Translations under genes and position numbers: made by a program | Notes under the pieces: model-generated | Told to the model about the DNA's origin: nothing | Database searches by the model: none | The model's input: only the letters and a program-made list of their open reading frames with translations | Source of the DNA: Candidatus Ozemobacteraceae bacterium | GTDB lineage: Bacteria; Muiribacteriota; Ozemobacteria; Ozemobacterales; Ozemobacteraceae | Assembly: GCA_965140445.1 (NCBI GenBank) | Contig: OZ223236.1 | Location: 3,552,001 to 3,616,000, forward strand | Direction of reading: 5' to 3' | DNA length: 64,000 nt | Shown here: piece by piece, positions 40,450 through 50,790 of the stretch | Layout: each line of letters opens with the position of its first letter | How positions within the stretch are numbered: the stretch's first letter is position 1

Positions 40450-41898
40450 TTGAATTTATTCCGCAGTTTCTCAATAAAACTAAGAATCCTGACTACATTT
40501 GTTCTATCTGCTCTACTGCCGATTATTCTGTTTATATATATTCAGTTTACCGGAATAGTTGTAAGCGATTCTGTTGCGTTGTTTCTTGGCGCAGTTTGCC
40601 TTTTCGTTGCAATTGTCAGCGCAATACTTGTCTCTGCATCAATTGCTTTCCCAATAGATTCTATACTTAGTGCATTGAAAGCCTTTCAAACAAAAAAATC
40701 AGCCGCTTCGGTTTCGGATAGTGGCTCTGATGAATTATCTGAAGTTGCTTCTGAGTTAAACAGAATTTTTTCTGAATGGAATCACGACATTGTTTCTATG
40801 GGGAAAAAACAATTTCAGCAATCAAGAGACATAGAAAAGAATGAATTGCAACTTTCTCAGGCTGAAAAGAACCTTGATCTAACAAGATCTTGTTTAAAAG
40901 TAGCCCAGCAGCTTAATACTACTTTTGACTTTCAAGCAAATCTAAAAGCGATACTCGATGAAGCATTAAGAACTATGAATGTTCAATGGGCATCGGTTCT
41001 CCTTATCAACCGGGAAAAACATGAACTTGCAGTGGCCTGTGTTCGCGGTGTTGAGCAAACTTTGATGGATGACCTTACTGATTCAGACTATCCAGCAATA
41101 AGACTTAAACCAAATGAAGGTTTAGCCGGACATGTTATTAAAGAAGGACTTCCTGTGATTGCAAATAAAGGGCACAAAGATCCAAGATTCAAGCTCTTTA
41201 GTGAATTTTCAAAAAAAGATCATAAAGTAGCCAGCATATTATGTTCACCCATAATCGGCACTGATGGGACTGTTTTAGGAGTTTTAAATCTTATTAACAG
41301 AATTTCTCCTCCGGTATTTAGAAATGAAGATTTGCCTTACACCCAAGATCTATGCACGCTCACTTCTATAATTATCGAACGCAATAAAATGTATAAAAAT
41401 CTTTTTGAAGACTCTCAGACTGGATTGGCTGCATACAACGTCTGGAATGGCTTTTTCCAGGAAGAATCTTCCAGGGCAGTTCGTTATCTTCAGCCCCTTA
41501 CCGTCTGTGTAATAGATATTGATAATTATAAAGCCATCGCCACAGAAACAAATCCGGAATTTGCTTCTGAAGTAACTACCGCCTTAGGAACTATTGTTAA
41601 AAGAGCCTTGAGAGACACGGATCTTGCTGCAAATATTCAGGAAAGGTTTTATCTTTTACTGCCAAACACTGATCCTTCTGGTGGAGTATTTTTGATTGGT
41701 CGCTTAAAAGAAGATCTGGAAAAGGAAACTTTTTCTTACAACCAGAAAAACTTCTCAATAACTATTTCTGCTGGAATTGCCAGCTATCCTGATTCAATTA
41801 CAGACGCAAAGCAGCTTCCTGCATGCGCAATTTCCTCCCTGTCTCTCGCAAAGAATCAGGGTGGAAACAGAGCAATAATTTTCCAGAAAACTAATTGA
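40450..41898 (+). CDS. Membrane HAMP-GAF-GGDEF protein with a degenerate active site
   Basis: Two TMs, HAMP (DELSEVASELN), GAF (EGLAGHV...SILCSP...LGVLNLIN) and a GGDEF fold (DIDNYK, RDTD, TISAGIA). The GG[DE]EF position reads NIQERF. Confidence 0.8.
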   Translation: MNLFRSFSIKLRILTTFVLSALLPIILFIYIQFTGIVVSDSVALFLGAVCLFVAIVSAILVSASIAFPIDSILSALKAFQTKKSAASVSDSGSDELSEVASELNRIFSEWNHDIVSMGKKQFQQSRDIEKNELQLSQAEKNLDLTRSCLKVAQQLNTTFDFQANLKAILDEALRTMNVQWASVLLINREKHELAVACVRGVEQTLMDDLTDSDYPAIRLKPNEGLAGHVIKEGLPVIANKGHKDPRFKLFSEFSKKDHKVASILCSPIIGTDGTVLGVLNLINRISPPVFRNEDLPYTQDLCTLTSIIIERNKMYKNLFEDSQTGLAAYNVWNGFFQEESSRAVRYLQPLTVCVIDIDNYKAIATETNPEFASEVTTALGTIVKRALRDTDLAANIQERFYLLLPNTDPSGGVFLIGRLKEDLEKETFSYNQKNFSITISAGIASYPDSITDAKQLPACAISSLSLAKNQGGNRAIIFQKTN

Positions 41899-41923
41899 TT
41901 ACAATCTATATCAGAGGTTAAAC

Positions 41924-43876
41924 ATGTCATCCAACAAGACTTACTACATCACCACCCCCCTCTATTATGCTAATGACGAGTTGCATATAGGACACGCATT
42001 CACAACATTGGCCGCAGACATAGCTAGCCGTTTCCAAAGATCAATGGGAAATGACGTGTTTTTCTTAACAGGTTCTGATGAACACGGGCAAAAAGTTGAA
42101 CAGGCTGCAAAGAAAAGAGGCATTACTCCAATCCAGCATACCGATGAACTCGTTGCCAAATTTGAAAATCTTTGGGAAAAGCTCAACATCACCCATGATG
42201 ATTTCATTAGAACAACTCAGGATAGACATAAAGACGTTGTAATTCATATTTTAAACAAGCTTTACGAAAAAGGTGACATTTATTCATCTAACTACAGTGG
42301 CTGGTATTGCACACCATGTGAAAGATTTTGGACGGAAAAAGAAGTTCCAGAGAAAATTTGCCCTGATTGCTCAAGAGAAGTTCAGCAGATTGAAGAAAAA
42401 AGCTACTTCTTTAAAATGTCCGCCTATCAGGAAAAACTGATTGATTACATTAATAATACGCCCGGTTTTATCCGACCTGAAAACAGAAAAAATGAAGTGT
42501 TGGGCTTTTTAAAACAGCCTTTAAACGATCTTTGCATTTCCAGACCAAAATCCAGACTTGAATGGGGCATAGAACTCCCATTTGATAAAGATTTCGTCAC
42601 TTATGTCTGGTTTGATGCTCTTACGAACTACATTTCAGCAGCCGGCTACAATTCTGATGCTGATAAATTTAAAAATCTCTGGCCAGCAAACTGCCAGATC
42701 ATTGGAAAAGACATTTTAACTACCCATGCAGTTTATTGGACAACAATGCTCATGGCTCTTGACCTTCCACTCCCGAAAACCATCTTTGCTCATGGCTGGT
42801 GGGTTTCAGCTGGCGGAAAAATGTCTAAATCAGTTGGAAACGTTATAAGTCCACTTGAACTTGTGGACAAATATGGACTTGATCCATTTAGATTTTATCT
42901 TTTCCGTGAAATGGTTTTTGGCATGGATGCCAGCTTTACTGAAGAAAATTTTATCTTCAGATACAATGCTGATCTTGCTAATGACTACGGAAACCTTTGC
43001 CAAAGAACCCTGCCTTTGCTATTGAAAAATCGGGAAGGAAAATTCCATAAGGCCGCTCCCCAATTGATTCAATCAAAAGAAATCGTTCAAATGGCTGCGG
43101 AAGTGAAAAAAGATTACATTGAAGCAATGGAAAATTTCCTTTTCCACGAAGCACTGAAACGAATCTGGGATCTAATCCAGCGCTTAAATAAATATGTTGA
43201 TGAAACAGCTCCATGGGCGCTTGCTAAAGCCCAGGAGTTCGATAAGCTTGATGAAGTTTTCTACACCATAGGTGAAGGAATCCGATTTTGCTCACATCTT
43301 GTAGAGCCGTTTATGCCTGGACTTGCTCCTAAGTTTTTTGAACAAATTGGCTGGACCAAGGGCTTCATAAAACTTCCAGAACTTGAATGGGGTCAGTTAG
43401 AAGAAGGAACTGTATGTATTCAACCGACACCTTTGTTTCCAAGATTAGAAACAAAGCGCATTCAGGAGCTGAAATCCGGCAAGAAATCAACTGATAAAGC
43501 AGCTGAAAAGGCTGCTGCCAAACCTGCTAAAACTCCGGAAAACACAGAAGGAATTATCTCTTTCGATGATTTCCTTAAAACGGAACTTTGTGTTGCAAGA
43601 ATTGAAACTGCTGAGAAGCATGAAAATGCAGATAAATTGTTGAAGCTTACTGTTTCAATTGGCGAAGAAACAAGAAGTCTCGTGGCTGGGATTGCAGATT
43701 ATTATTCACCAGAAGAGCTTATCGGGAAACAGGTAGTAATGGTTAAAAACCTGAAACCAGCCAAGATAAGAGGAACAGTTTCCCAGGGAATGATCCTGGC
43801 GGCGCAAACTGAGGACGGTGGATTGGCACTTGTAACTCCTGACAAACCAGCCAAAGTGGGAATAAAAGTCAAATAA
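41924..43876 (+). CDS. metG: Methionine--tRNA ligase with C-terminal tRNA-binding domain
   Basis: HIGH and KMSKS motifs, Zn knuckle CTPC/CPDC and a C-terminal EMAP/Trbp domain. Confidence 0.98.
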   Translation: MSSNKTYYITTPLYYANDELHIGHAFTTLAADIASRFQRSMGNDVFFLTGSDEHGQKVEQAAKKRGITPIQHTDELVAKFENLWEKLNITHDDFIRTTQDRHKDVVIHILNKLYEKGDIYSSNYSGWYCTPCERFWTEKEVPEKICPDCSREVQQIEEKSYFFKMSAYQEKLIDYINNTPGFIRPENRKNEVLGFLKQPLNDLCISRPKSRLEWGIELPFDKDFVTYVWFDALTNYISAAGYNSDADKFKNLWPANCQIIGKDILTTHAVYWTTMLMALDLPLPKTIFAHGWWVSAGGKMSKSVGNVISPLELVDKYGLDPFRFYLFREMVFGMDASFTEENFIFRYNADLANDYGNLCQRTLPLLLKNREGKFHKAAPQLIQSKEIVQMAAEVKKDYIEAMENFLFHEALKRIWDLIQRLNKYVDETAPWALAKAQEFDKLDEVFYTIGEGIRFCSHLVEPFMPGLAPKFFEQIGWTKGFIKLPELEWGQLEEGTVCIQPTPLFPRLETKRIQELKSGKKSTDKAAEKAAAKPAKTPENTEGIISFDDFLKTELCVARIETAEKHENADKLLKLTVSIGEETRSLVAGIADYYSPEELIGKQVVMVKNLKPAKIRGTVSQGMILAAQTEDGGLALVTPDKPAKVGIKVK

Positions 43877-44661
43877 TGAGAACAAGACGGATTATTGATG
43901 TGCATGCACATCTGCAAGATGAAAAATTTCTTGATGACCAGTCTGAAGTTATACAAAGAGCTAAAGAAAGCGGTGTAGTAGCAATAATAAATGCGGGCAC
44001 CTGTGTCGAAAGCTCTCGACAAGCGCTATCAATCAGTGAAAAGTATGATTCATGCTTTTCACTGATTGGAATACACCCGCACGATGCTTCAAGTTTTAAT
44101 GAAAATTCTGTTGCAGAAATTTCTCAAATGCTTGAGCATAAATCGGCACTTGCTGTTGGAGAAATTGGTCTTGATTACCATTACGACTTTTCTCCGAGGG
44201 AAAAACAAAAACAGGTCTTTAAAACTCTTTGGTTGCTTGCCGCTGAAAAGCAGCTTCCAGCAATAATTCATATTAGAGAAGCTTTTGATGATTTCTTTGA
44301 AATTATAAAAAACATACCTCATCCACCAAAGGTCATGCTCCACTGCTTCTCTGGAGACTCTAAAATCGCTGCCAAAGCTGTAGAATTAGGATTTTATTTT
44401 TCAATAGGTGGACCTTTAACCTTTAAGAATTCTCAAGAAACCAGAGATACCTTTAAAACCATTCCTATTGAAAGAATCCATCTTGAAACAGATTGCCCAT
44501 ATCTAGCACCAGTTCCCAAAAGGGGAAAAAGAAATGAACCGGCTTATATACAGCATACCTTTGCAGCAATGGTTCAACTTAGAGAAATGTCAGATTCAGA
44601 GCTGGAATCCCAATTAATTCAAAATTCCAGAGACTTTTTTGGTTCTAAATTGGAGATTTAA
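43876..44661 (+). CDS. tatD: TatD-family hydrolase
   Basis: DVHAH, GIHPH, GEIGLDY and ETDCPYLAPVPKRGKRNEP motifs; follows metG. Confidence 0.93.
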   Translation: MRTRRIIDVHAHLQDEKFLDDQSEVIQRAKESGVVAIINAGTCVESSRQALSISEKYDSCFSLIGIHPHDASSFNENSVAEISQMLEHKSALAVGEIGLDYHYDFSPREKQKQVFKTLWLLAAEKQLPAIIHIREAFDDFFEIIKNIPHPPKVMLHCFSGDSKIAAKAVELGFYFSIGGPLTFKNSQETRDTFKTIPIERIHLETDCPYLAPVPKRGKRNEPAYIQHTFAAMVQLREMSDSELESQLIQNSRDFFGSKLEI

Positions 44662-44663
44662 CT

Positions 44664-45755
44664 TTGGAAACACAAAAATTTGATTTTAAAAGAACTGCGA
44701 CCTCTGAAGTTATCCTCGGTAGCGATTTACTCAAAGAATCGGTATCCAAAATTATTCGACTGAGATACCCAAAAAAGTGTGCTGTTTTAACAGACGAAAC
44801 GGTTTCCAGATGGTATTTGCAGCCTCTTCTTGCTGAGCTTAGAACCAAGGGTTTTGAGGTTAACGAAATAATTGTCCAAGAAGGTGAAAAAAGCAAAAGC
44901 CCGGAAACCTTGATTGAAGTTTTAACCAAACTTCAGGGATTTGGCATAGACAGAGATTGCCCGCTTATAACCCTTGGCGGAGGCGTTGTTGGCGATCTGG
45001 GTGGCTTTGCGGCATCTATTTACAAAAGAGGCATTCCCTTAATCCATATGCCTACTACCCTTCTTTCAATGGTTGATGCCTCAATAGGTGGTAAAACAGG
45101 AATAAATTTTAATGGTGGAAAGAACCTTATTGGAACTTTCTATCAGCCTCAAATGGTAATTATGGATGTCTCAACTCTTAACACCTTGCCACTAACTCAG
45201 ATCTCTTATGGCCTGGTAGAAGCAATAAAACATGGAGCCATAGCTGATTCCGCATATTACCGTTTTATTTTGAAAAATACCGATGCAATTAAATCAAAAC
45301 AATTACCACTACTTCAAAGACTGGTAAGAAGATCGGTACACATTAAAAAGAGTTTTGTAATTGACGATGAAACCGACAAAGGCAAACGAGCCTTTCTAAA
45401 CTTTGGGCACACTCTTGGCCACGCTTTTGAATCCGCAGGAAATTTCAGGCGGTTACATCATGCTGAAGCGGTTGGTCTAGGCATGCTTTATGCCTTAAAA
45501 ATAGCAAACAAAAAAAAGATTTTAGCTGAAGACTACACTGATAGTCTGATTCAACTCTTAAGTGATTTTAACCTGCCAATAAAATTGCCAGAAGAGCTTG
45601 AAAAGTCTGAAATTTTAAATACAATTTCTCAAGATAAGAAAAAGAAGAATCAGGAGATAACTTTTATCCTTCCAGAAACTCTGGGAAAAGTAATTTCAAA
45701 ACAAATCAGCCCAGACAATCTTTCAGATCTTCTTGATTCTTTCTTTCAACGCTAA
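44664..45755 (+). CDS. aroB: 3-dehydroquinate synthase
   Basis: LGGGVVGDL, PTTLLSMVDASIGGKTG and LNFGHTLGHA motifs. Confidence 0.93.
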   Translation: METQKFDFKRTATSEVILGSDLLKESVSKIIRLRYPKKCAVLTDETVSRWYLQPLLAELRTKGFEVNEIIVQEGEKSKSPETLIEVLTKLQGFGIDRDCPLITLGGGVVGDLGGFAASIYKRGIPLIHMPTTLLSMVDASIGGKTGINFNGGKNLIGTFYQPQMVIMDVSTLNTLPLTQISYGLVEAIKHGAIADSAYYRFILKNTDAIKSKQLPLLQRLVRRSVHIKKSFVIDDETDKGKRAFLNFGHTLGHAFESAGNFRRLHHAEAVGLGMLYALKIANKKKILAEDYTDSLIQLLSDFNLPIKLPEELEKSEILNTISQDKKKKNQEITFILPETLGKVISKQISPDNLSDLLDSFFQR

Positions 45756-45791
45756 AAAAAACATATATAAAGAAAAAATAAGGACGACAAA

Positions 45792-48086
45792 ATGAACCCA
45801 ACGACAACGCTTTCTCATCGATTTTCACCTAATGCTCAGAAAGTTCTAGCAAAACGATACCTGACTAAAGGCCCTGATGGAAAACCAATAGAAACCATAG
45901 AGGGATTATTTAGAAGAGTGGCTTCCCACCTTGCAAAAGCCGAGAAAGCTTACCCTAAATCTCAATATAAAGTAGAAGAGCTTGAAGATCTTTTCTATAC
46001 AATGATGACTGACCTTGATTTCCTTCCCAATAGCCCTACCCTTATGAACGCAGGGAAAGAACTTGGCCAACTTTCAGCATGTTTTGTTTTGCCAGTAGAC
46101 GATTCCATGGAAGGTATTTTCGAAGCAATCAAACACGCAGCGCTTATACACAAATCAGGCGGCGGAACAGGTTTCAGCTTTTCCAGACTAAGACCTGCAA
46201 ACGATATAGTTGCTTCTACCAGCGGAGTAAGTTCTGGCCCAATCTCCTTTATGAAGGTATTTAATACCGCAACTGAAACAATCAAACAAGGTGGCACAAG
46301 AAGAGGCGCTAACATGGCAATTCTTAGAGTTGATCATCCTGATATTTTGAATTTCATCACCTCCAAGGAGAGAGATAACGAGCTTACCAATTTCAACATA
46401 TCCGTTGCCATTACCGATGCTTTCATGGAAGCTCTTGAACGTGACGGGGACTATAACGTTATTAATCCTCGAACCAAGGAAACGGTAAAATCACTAAAAG
46501 CTTCAAAAGTTTTCAACATGATAGTTGATAGAGCATGGAGAAACGGAGAGCCAGGTATTGTATTTATCGATAGAATTAATAGATACCAACCTACTCCACA
46601 CATAGGCGAAATAGAATCAACAAACCCTTGTGGCGAACAGCCTCTACTTCCTTATGAATCCTGTAATCTTGGGTCATTAAACCTTGCCCGTTTTGTTGAA
46701 ATTATTGATGATGAGCCACAAATCAACTATGACCGTTTAAAAGAGATCATTAAACTTTCAGTAAGATTTCTGGATAACGTAATAGATCAAAACAAATATC
46801 CCATACCGGAAATAGACCGAACAACGAAATCTAATCGAAAAATTGGCCTTGGAGTCATGGGTTGGGCCGATCTCCTGATAAAAATGGGTATTCCTTATGA
46901 TTCAGAAGAAGCCTTAAATCTTGCAGAAAAAGTAATGGGATTTGTAAAAAGAGAATCCTGGACAGCTTCTCAGGAGCTCGCAAAAGAAAGAGGAGCTTTC
47001 CCTAATTTTGAAGGTTCTATTTATCATCAGAAGAATATGGCTCCAATGAGGAATGCAACTGTAACAACAATTGCCCCCACAGGAACAATAAGCCTTATCG
47101 CAGGTTGTTCAAGCGGAATTGAGCCTATTTTTGCAATTGCTTACGAAAAACATGTAATGGATAACGAAAAACTGGTTGAGGTACATCCGGAATTTCTAAG
47201 AGTAGCTCGCGAAAACAAATTTTATTCTGAAAACCTTCTCGAAGAAATTGCAAAAACAGGCAACATTGAAGAGATAAAAGAAATTCCTGCTGAAATCAGA
47301 AGAATTTTTGTTACCAGCCACAGAATTTCTCCTGAATGGCATGTAAGATCACAAGCTGCTTTTCAAAACTTCACAGACAATGCAGTAAGTAAAACTGTGA
47401 ATTTTCCTTTCGAAGCAACAAAAAAAGATGTGGAAACAGTTTTCAAGCTTTCCCATACCCTCGGCTGCAAAGGTATTACTGTTTATCGTGACGGTTCCAG
47501 AGAAGAGCAGGTATTAAACATTGGTGAGCAAAAAAATAAGAAAGCCGAACCAGAAAGCCCTTATATTAACCCAAGAAACAGACCAGAAAGAACCATTGGG
47601 ATGACTGACAGGGTACAAATTGGCTGCGGAAGCCTCTATGTTACAGTAAATTCAGATTCCAAGGGAATTTGCGAAGTTTTTGCCAGTCTTGGAAGAGGCG
47701 GCGGATGTCCTTCTCAATCCGAAGCTGCGGCCCGTTTGGCCTCACTTGCTCTAAGAGCAGGAATAGATGTACAGGAAGTAATTGATCAGCTCAAAGGCAT
47801 TCGTTGTATGTCAACTATTAGACGTGGTGCATCACAAAATGGCATCAAAGTCCTTTCTTGTCCAGATGCTATTGGTAAAGCAATTGAAGAATATTACATG
47901 AGCGCCAAAGATACTTTCAAAGCACCGATTCCTCAACTAAAAAACAAGCCAAAAGCTGATTCTAAGCAGGATTTGTTGGTGGACAACGGTTTACCCGGCA
48001 GAAATTGTCCAGAATGTAGCGAATCATTAGAACATGAAGGCGGATGTGTAATCTGCAAAAGTTGCGGATACTCAAAATGCGGATAA
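45792..48086 (+). CDS. nrdJ: Adenosylcobalamin-dependent (class II) ribonucleotide reductase with C-terminal TSCPD and Zn-ribbon domains
   Basis: PNSPTLMNAG, LSACFV, TNPCGEQPL, TIAPTGTIS, SCPDAI and C-terminal CPEC..CKSCGYSKC. Confidence 0.93.
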   Translation: MNPTTTLSHRFSPNAQKVLAKRYLTKGPDGKPIETIEGLFRRVASHLAKAEKAYPKSQYKVEELEDLFYTMMTDLDFLPNSPTLMNAGKELGQLSACFVLPVDDSMEGIFEAIKHAALIHKSGGGTGFSFSRLRPANDIVASTSGVSSGPISFMKVFNTATETIKQGGTRRGANMAILRVDHPDILNFITSKERDNELTNFNISVAITDAFMEALERDGDYNVINPRTKETVKSLKASKVFNMIVDRAWRNGEPGIVFIDRINRYQPTPHIGEIESTNPCGEQPLLPYESCNLGSLNLARFVEIIDDEPQINYDRLKEIIKLSVRFLDNVIDQNKYPIPEIDRTTKSNRKIGLGVMGWADLLIKMGIPYDSEEALNLAEKVMGFVKRESWTASQELAKERGAFPNFEGSIYHQKNMAPMRNATVTTIAPTGTISLIAGCSSGIEPIFAIAYEKHVMDNEKLVEVHPEFLRVARENKFYSENLLEEIAKTGNIEEIKEIPAEIRRIFVTSHRISPEWHVRSQAAFQNFTDNAVSKTVNFPFEATKKDVETVFKLSHTLGCKGITVYRDGSREEQVLNIGEQKNKKAEPESPYINPRNRPERTIGMTDRVQIGCGSLYVTVNSDSKGICEVFASLGRGGGCPSQSEAAARLASLALRAGIDVQEVIDQLKGIRCMSTIRRGASQNGIKVLSCPDAIGKAIEEYYMSAKDTFKAPIPQLKNKPKADSKQDLLVDNGLPGRNCPECSESLEHEGGCVICKSCGYSKCG

Positions 48087-48130
48087 TCTAAAAAAATATT
48101 ACAAAATTTTAACTTTTTTTACCCATGGCA

Positions 48131-48159
48131 TTGACACTTATGTGTACCATGGGTAAAAT
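48131..48159 (+). promoter_or_regulatory. sigma70 promoter embedded in a 12-bp inverted repeat
   Basis: TTGACA-17 nt-TAAAAT, flanked by TTTTACCCATGG (48117-48128) and CCATGGGTAAAA (48147-48158). Confidence 0.7.
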
Positions 48160-48216
48160 TGTATCTGAGTATAATTTTCGGGCAATGTATAGGCGCGAAT
48201 AAGGAGTATAAGAGTA

Positions 48217-50736
48217 ATGATTAAGGCAACCGCGCGTTATTTATGCGTATTATCGCTATTTTTAATTGTTTTAAGTGCTGTGGGCGCAGCTCCACTTATG
48301 CGAGTCACCTTCATCGATGTTGAACAAGGTGATTGTATTTTAATTAGAACCGCAGAAAAAACGGTTCTTATAGATGCCGGTGATGATAAAAGGGATGCAG
48401 CTAATTCTTATATCATTCCTTACCTTAAACGAGAAGGCATCAAGCACATTGATACTGTAGTAATTTCTCATCCTCACCGAGATCACTTTGGCGGAATGCT
48501 TGACTTGATTCCTGCTATCAGCATTGGTGAAGTTTATTATTCAACTGATGAACTCTCCGAAATTGGCGAAGAAGATACCGAAAGAGAAACCATTAAAGGT
48601 TCCGAAGCCCAGCTGTATCAAAGAATGCATGATATGCTTGTTGAAAGAGACATTCCATATATTAAATGCAAAATGTCTGACAAGCTTGATTGGGGCAAGG
48701 GAATTAAAGTAGAAATTTTTCATACTGAAGACAAAAAGGCTTCTGGCGCAGAAAATGATCCGCTTAAAGCTAACCAAAACGAAAATTCTATTATCATGAA
48801 AGTAACCGCTGGAAAGGTTTCTTATCTTTTCACTGGTGATGCGGAAAAAGGTGCTGAAGAATATGTTGTTCAAAACTTTGCTAAAAAGTTGAAATCTACA
48901 GTTCTTAAATCTGGACATCACGGAAGTGTTACTTCATCAAGCCACCCATTTCTTGATGCTGTAAGACCAGAATATGCCGTAATCATGGTTGGTGCCAGAA
49001 ATTCATTTGGACATCCAAGACAAGAAACTCTTGATAAATATGAATACTATAAAACAAAAACTTTCAGAACGGACCTTGATGGCAATGTAGAAAGTTTTAC
49101 AGATGGAGAAACTGTTCAGTTTGTAACTAACAATTCTCCTGTTGCATTTGCAAAAAATCCTGAATTGATTTCCTTAACTCCAAATTCAGCAACAATACAG
49201 TGGACAACTAATAAAGAAGCCACTACTGCTCTTCAATATGGATCTACTGCTCTTTCAAAAGAAAAAGTTATTGATCATTCAGTAAAAACTCACACTGTTA
49301 CAATCACAGGACTCAAACCAAATCAGCAATACATTTTTAAAGCGATTTCCAACGATCCTAGAGAACCTCAAAAATTTGTTGAATTCGATGGAACATTTAA
49401 AACTCCAGAAGGCAATGGAATTGCTCTTCCAGTTATAAAAAGTGTAGAAACCAACTTCGATAAAATCTACATGAAACATCCATTTAAACTTTTGATTCCG
49501 GTTGAAAACAAAAGTGAAGAAGCAGCAAAAGATATTTATCTGGATATTTACCATTCTGCAATGGATCCATCTAACCTGATAGATCAGGTGAAGTTTACTT
49601 CTATTCCTGCACAGGGATCAGTAGACGCCGTTGTTCCAACTGAAATTGGTTGGGTTGGGAATGTAGAAATAATTGCCGTTCTCCGTCAGGGAAAATCAAT
49701 CATTGATACAGTTTCAATGAACATTAAGGTTCTCTCAAAGCTGTTCCTGGTAGATTGTGCACATGGCAATATTGATTATTTCATCGGTAAATTCTCCGGA
49801 ATGAAAATGGATCTCTATCAGAAACTTGGCTTCCAAATGAGAAGTATTTCAAAATCTATTACAACCAAAGCAATTGAAGATGCTTTTGTGGTTGCAATCC
49901 CTCATCCTGATAAAGATTTTACTGCAGCTGAACTTACTGCACTTAAAAAGTATGTAACTGAAGGCGGCTCAATTATAATGTTTGGACAGGCGGATTACAG
50001 AGATACATCTAATCCACAGTTCCAAAACAAGCTTCTTGCAAAAATTGGAAGCCGAATCAGATTTAATGATGATGAAGTTTGCGATGATACCAATAACATT
50101 GGCGCTCCATGGAGATTCTTTGTTACAACTTTCCCTGCAGACCACATTACCACTGGCGGAGTTAAACAACTCCTTACCAAAAGCTGTTGTTCACTACTAA
50201 ACAAGGATATGAAAGGGCTTAAATCTCTTAAAAACCTTTATGTTCTAGCTTCTGGTGATAATGACACTTACAATATTGAAGTTGATGGTAAAGCAGATGG
50301 CGTTATCTATGCCAGTATGACTACAAAGCTTCCAGTTCCAATAGCTGCATGTGAAGATCTTGGAACTGGCCGCGTTGCTTGTATTGGTGATAAATTCTAT
50401 CAGGATTCATACTATAATCCAAAATCTGAATTGCAAACCCCTCTCTTTAACAGTCAGGTAATCTCATGGCTCAGTCTCAGCAAAGAAAAAACCTTAAAAG
50501 AACTTTTCTCCTATGCTGCTTCTCTTGATAATGAAGATGATGCTGAATTGAAAGCAGATAGAGCATCTGCTGTAGTTGAAAAGCTTATTAAGAAAATCAG
50601 AGCTGACCTTGATGCCAAGAACACTTCTCCAGAAGAGATTAATGCAATGATGAACAACTTTGATAGCCGAACGGTTGATGGTTTAAAACCTGCAATCAAT
50701 TCAATGATTAAATTCAAAGAAGTTCACGAAGAATAA
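48217..50736 (+). CDS. Exported ComEC/Rec2-type metallo-beta-lactamase-fold hydrolase with FN3/Ig-like and C-terminal alpha/beta domains
   Basis: Signal peptide; FIDVEQGD, SHPHRDHFGG, LFTGDAE, GHHGS and RTDLDG. FN3-like ATIQWTT..HTVTITGLKPNQQY; C-terminal LVDCAHGN...GGSIIM...GRVACIGD. Confidence 0.8.
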   Translation: MIKATARYLCVLSLFLIVLSAVGAAPLMRVTFIDVEQGDCILIRTAEKTVLIDAGDDKRDAANSYIIPYLKREGIKHIDTVVISHPHRDHFGGMLDLIPAISIGEVYYSTDELSEIGEEDTERETIKGSEAQLYQRMHDMLVERDIPYIKCKMSDKLDWGKGIKVEIFHTEDKKASGAENDPLKANQNENSIIMKVTAGKVSYLFTGDAEKGAEEYVVQNFAKKLKSTVLKSGHHGSVTSSSHPFLDAVRPEYAVIMVGARNSFGHPRQETLDKYEYYKTKTFRTDLDGNVESFTDGETVQFVTNNSPVAFAKNPELISLTPNSATIQWTTNKEATTALQYGSTALSKEKVIDHSVKTHTVTITGLKPNQQYIFKAISNDPREPQKFVEFDGTFKTPEGNGIALPVIKSVETNFDKIYMKHPFKLLIPVENKSEEAAKDIYLDIYHSAMDPSNLIDQVKFTSIPAQGSVDAVVPTEIGWVGNVEIIAVLRQGKSIIDTVSMNIKVLSKLFLVDCAHGNIDYFIGKFSGMKMDLYQKLGFQMRSISKSITTKAIEDAFVVAIPHPDKDFTAAELTALKKYVTEGGSIIMFGQADYRDTSNPQFQNKLLAKIGSRIRFNDDEVCDDTNNIGAPWRFFVTTFPADHITTGGVKQLLTKSCCSLLNKDMKGLKSLKNLYVLASGDNDTYNIEVDGKADGVIYASMTTKLPVPIAACEDLGTGRVACIGDKFYQDSYYNPKSELQTPLFNSQVISWLSLSKEKTLKELFSYAASLDNEDDAELKADRASAVVEKLIKKIRADLDAKNTSPEEINAMMNNFDSRTVDGLKPAINSMIKFKEVHEE

Positions 50737-50746
50737 GAAACTCAAC

Positions 50747-50790
50747 AATAAAAGGCGCTTCACCTTTACGGGTGAAGCGCCTTTTATTTT
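50747..50790. terminator. Strong bidirectional intrinsic terminator
   Basis: AATAAAAGGCGCTTCACC-TTTACG-GGTGAAGCGCCTTTTATT. Confidence 0.9.

Noticed and set aside
45756..45791. NrdR box or cobalamin riboswitch upstream of nrdJ
   Set aside because: The gap is only 36 nt and the match to the NrdR consensus is too weak.
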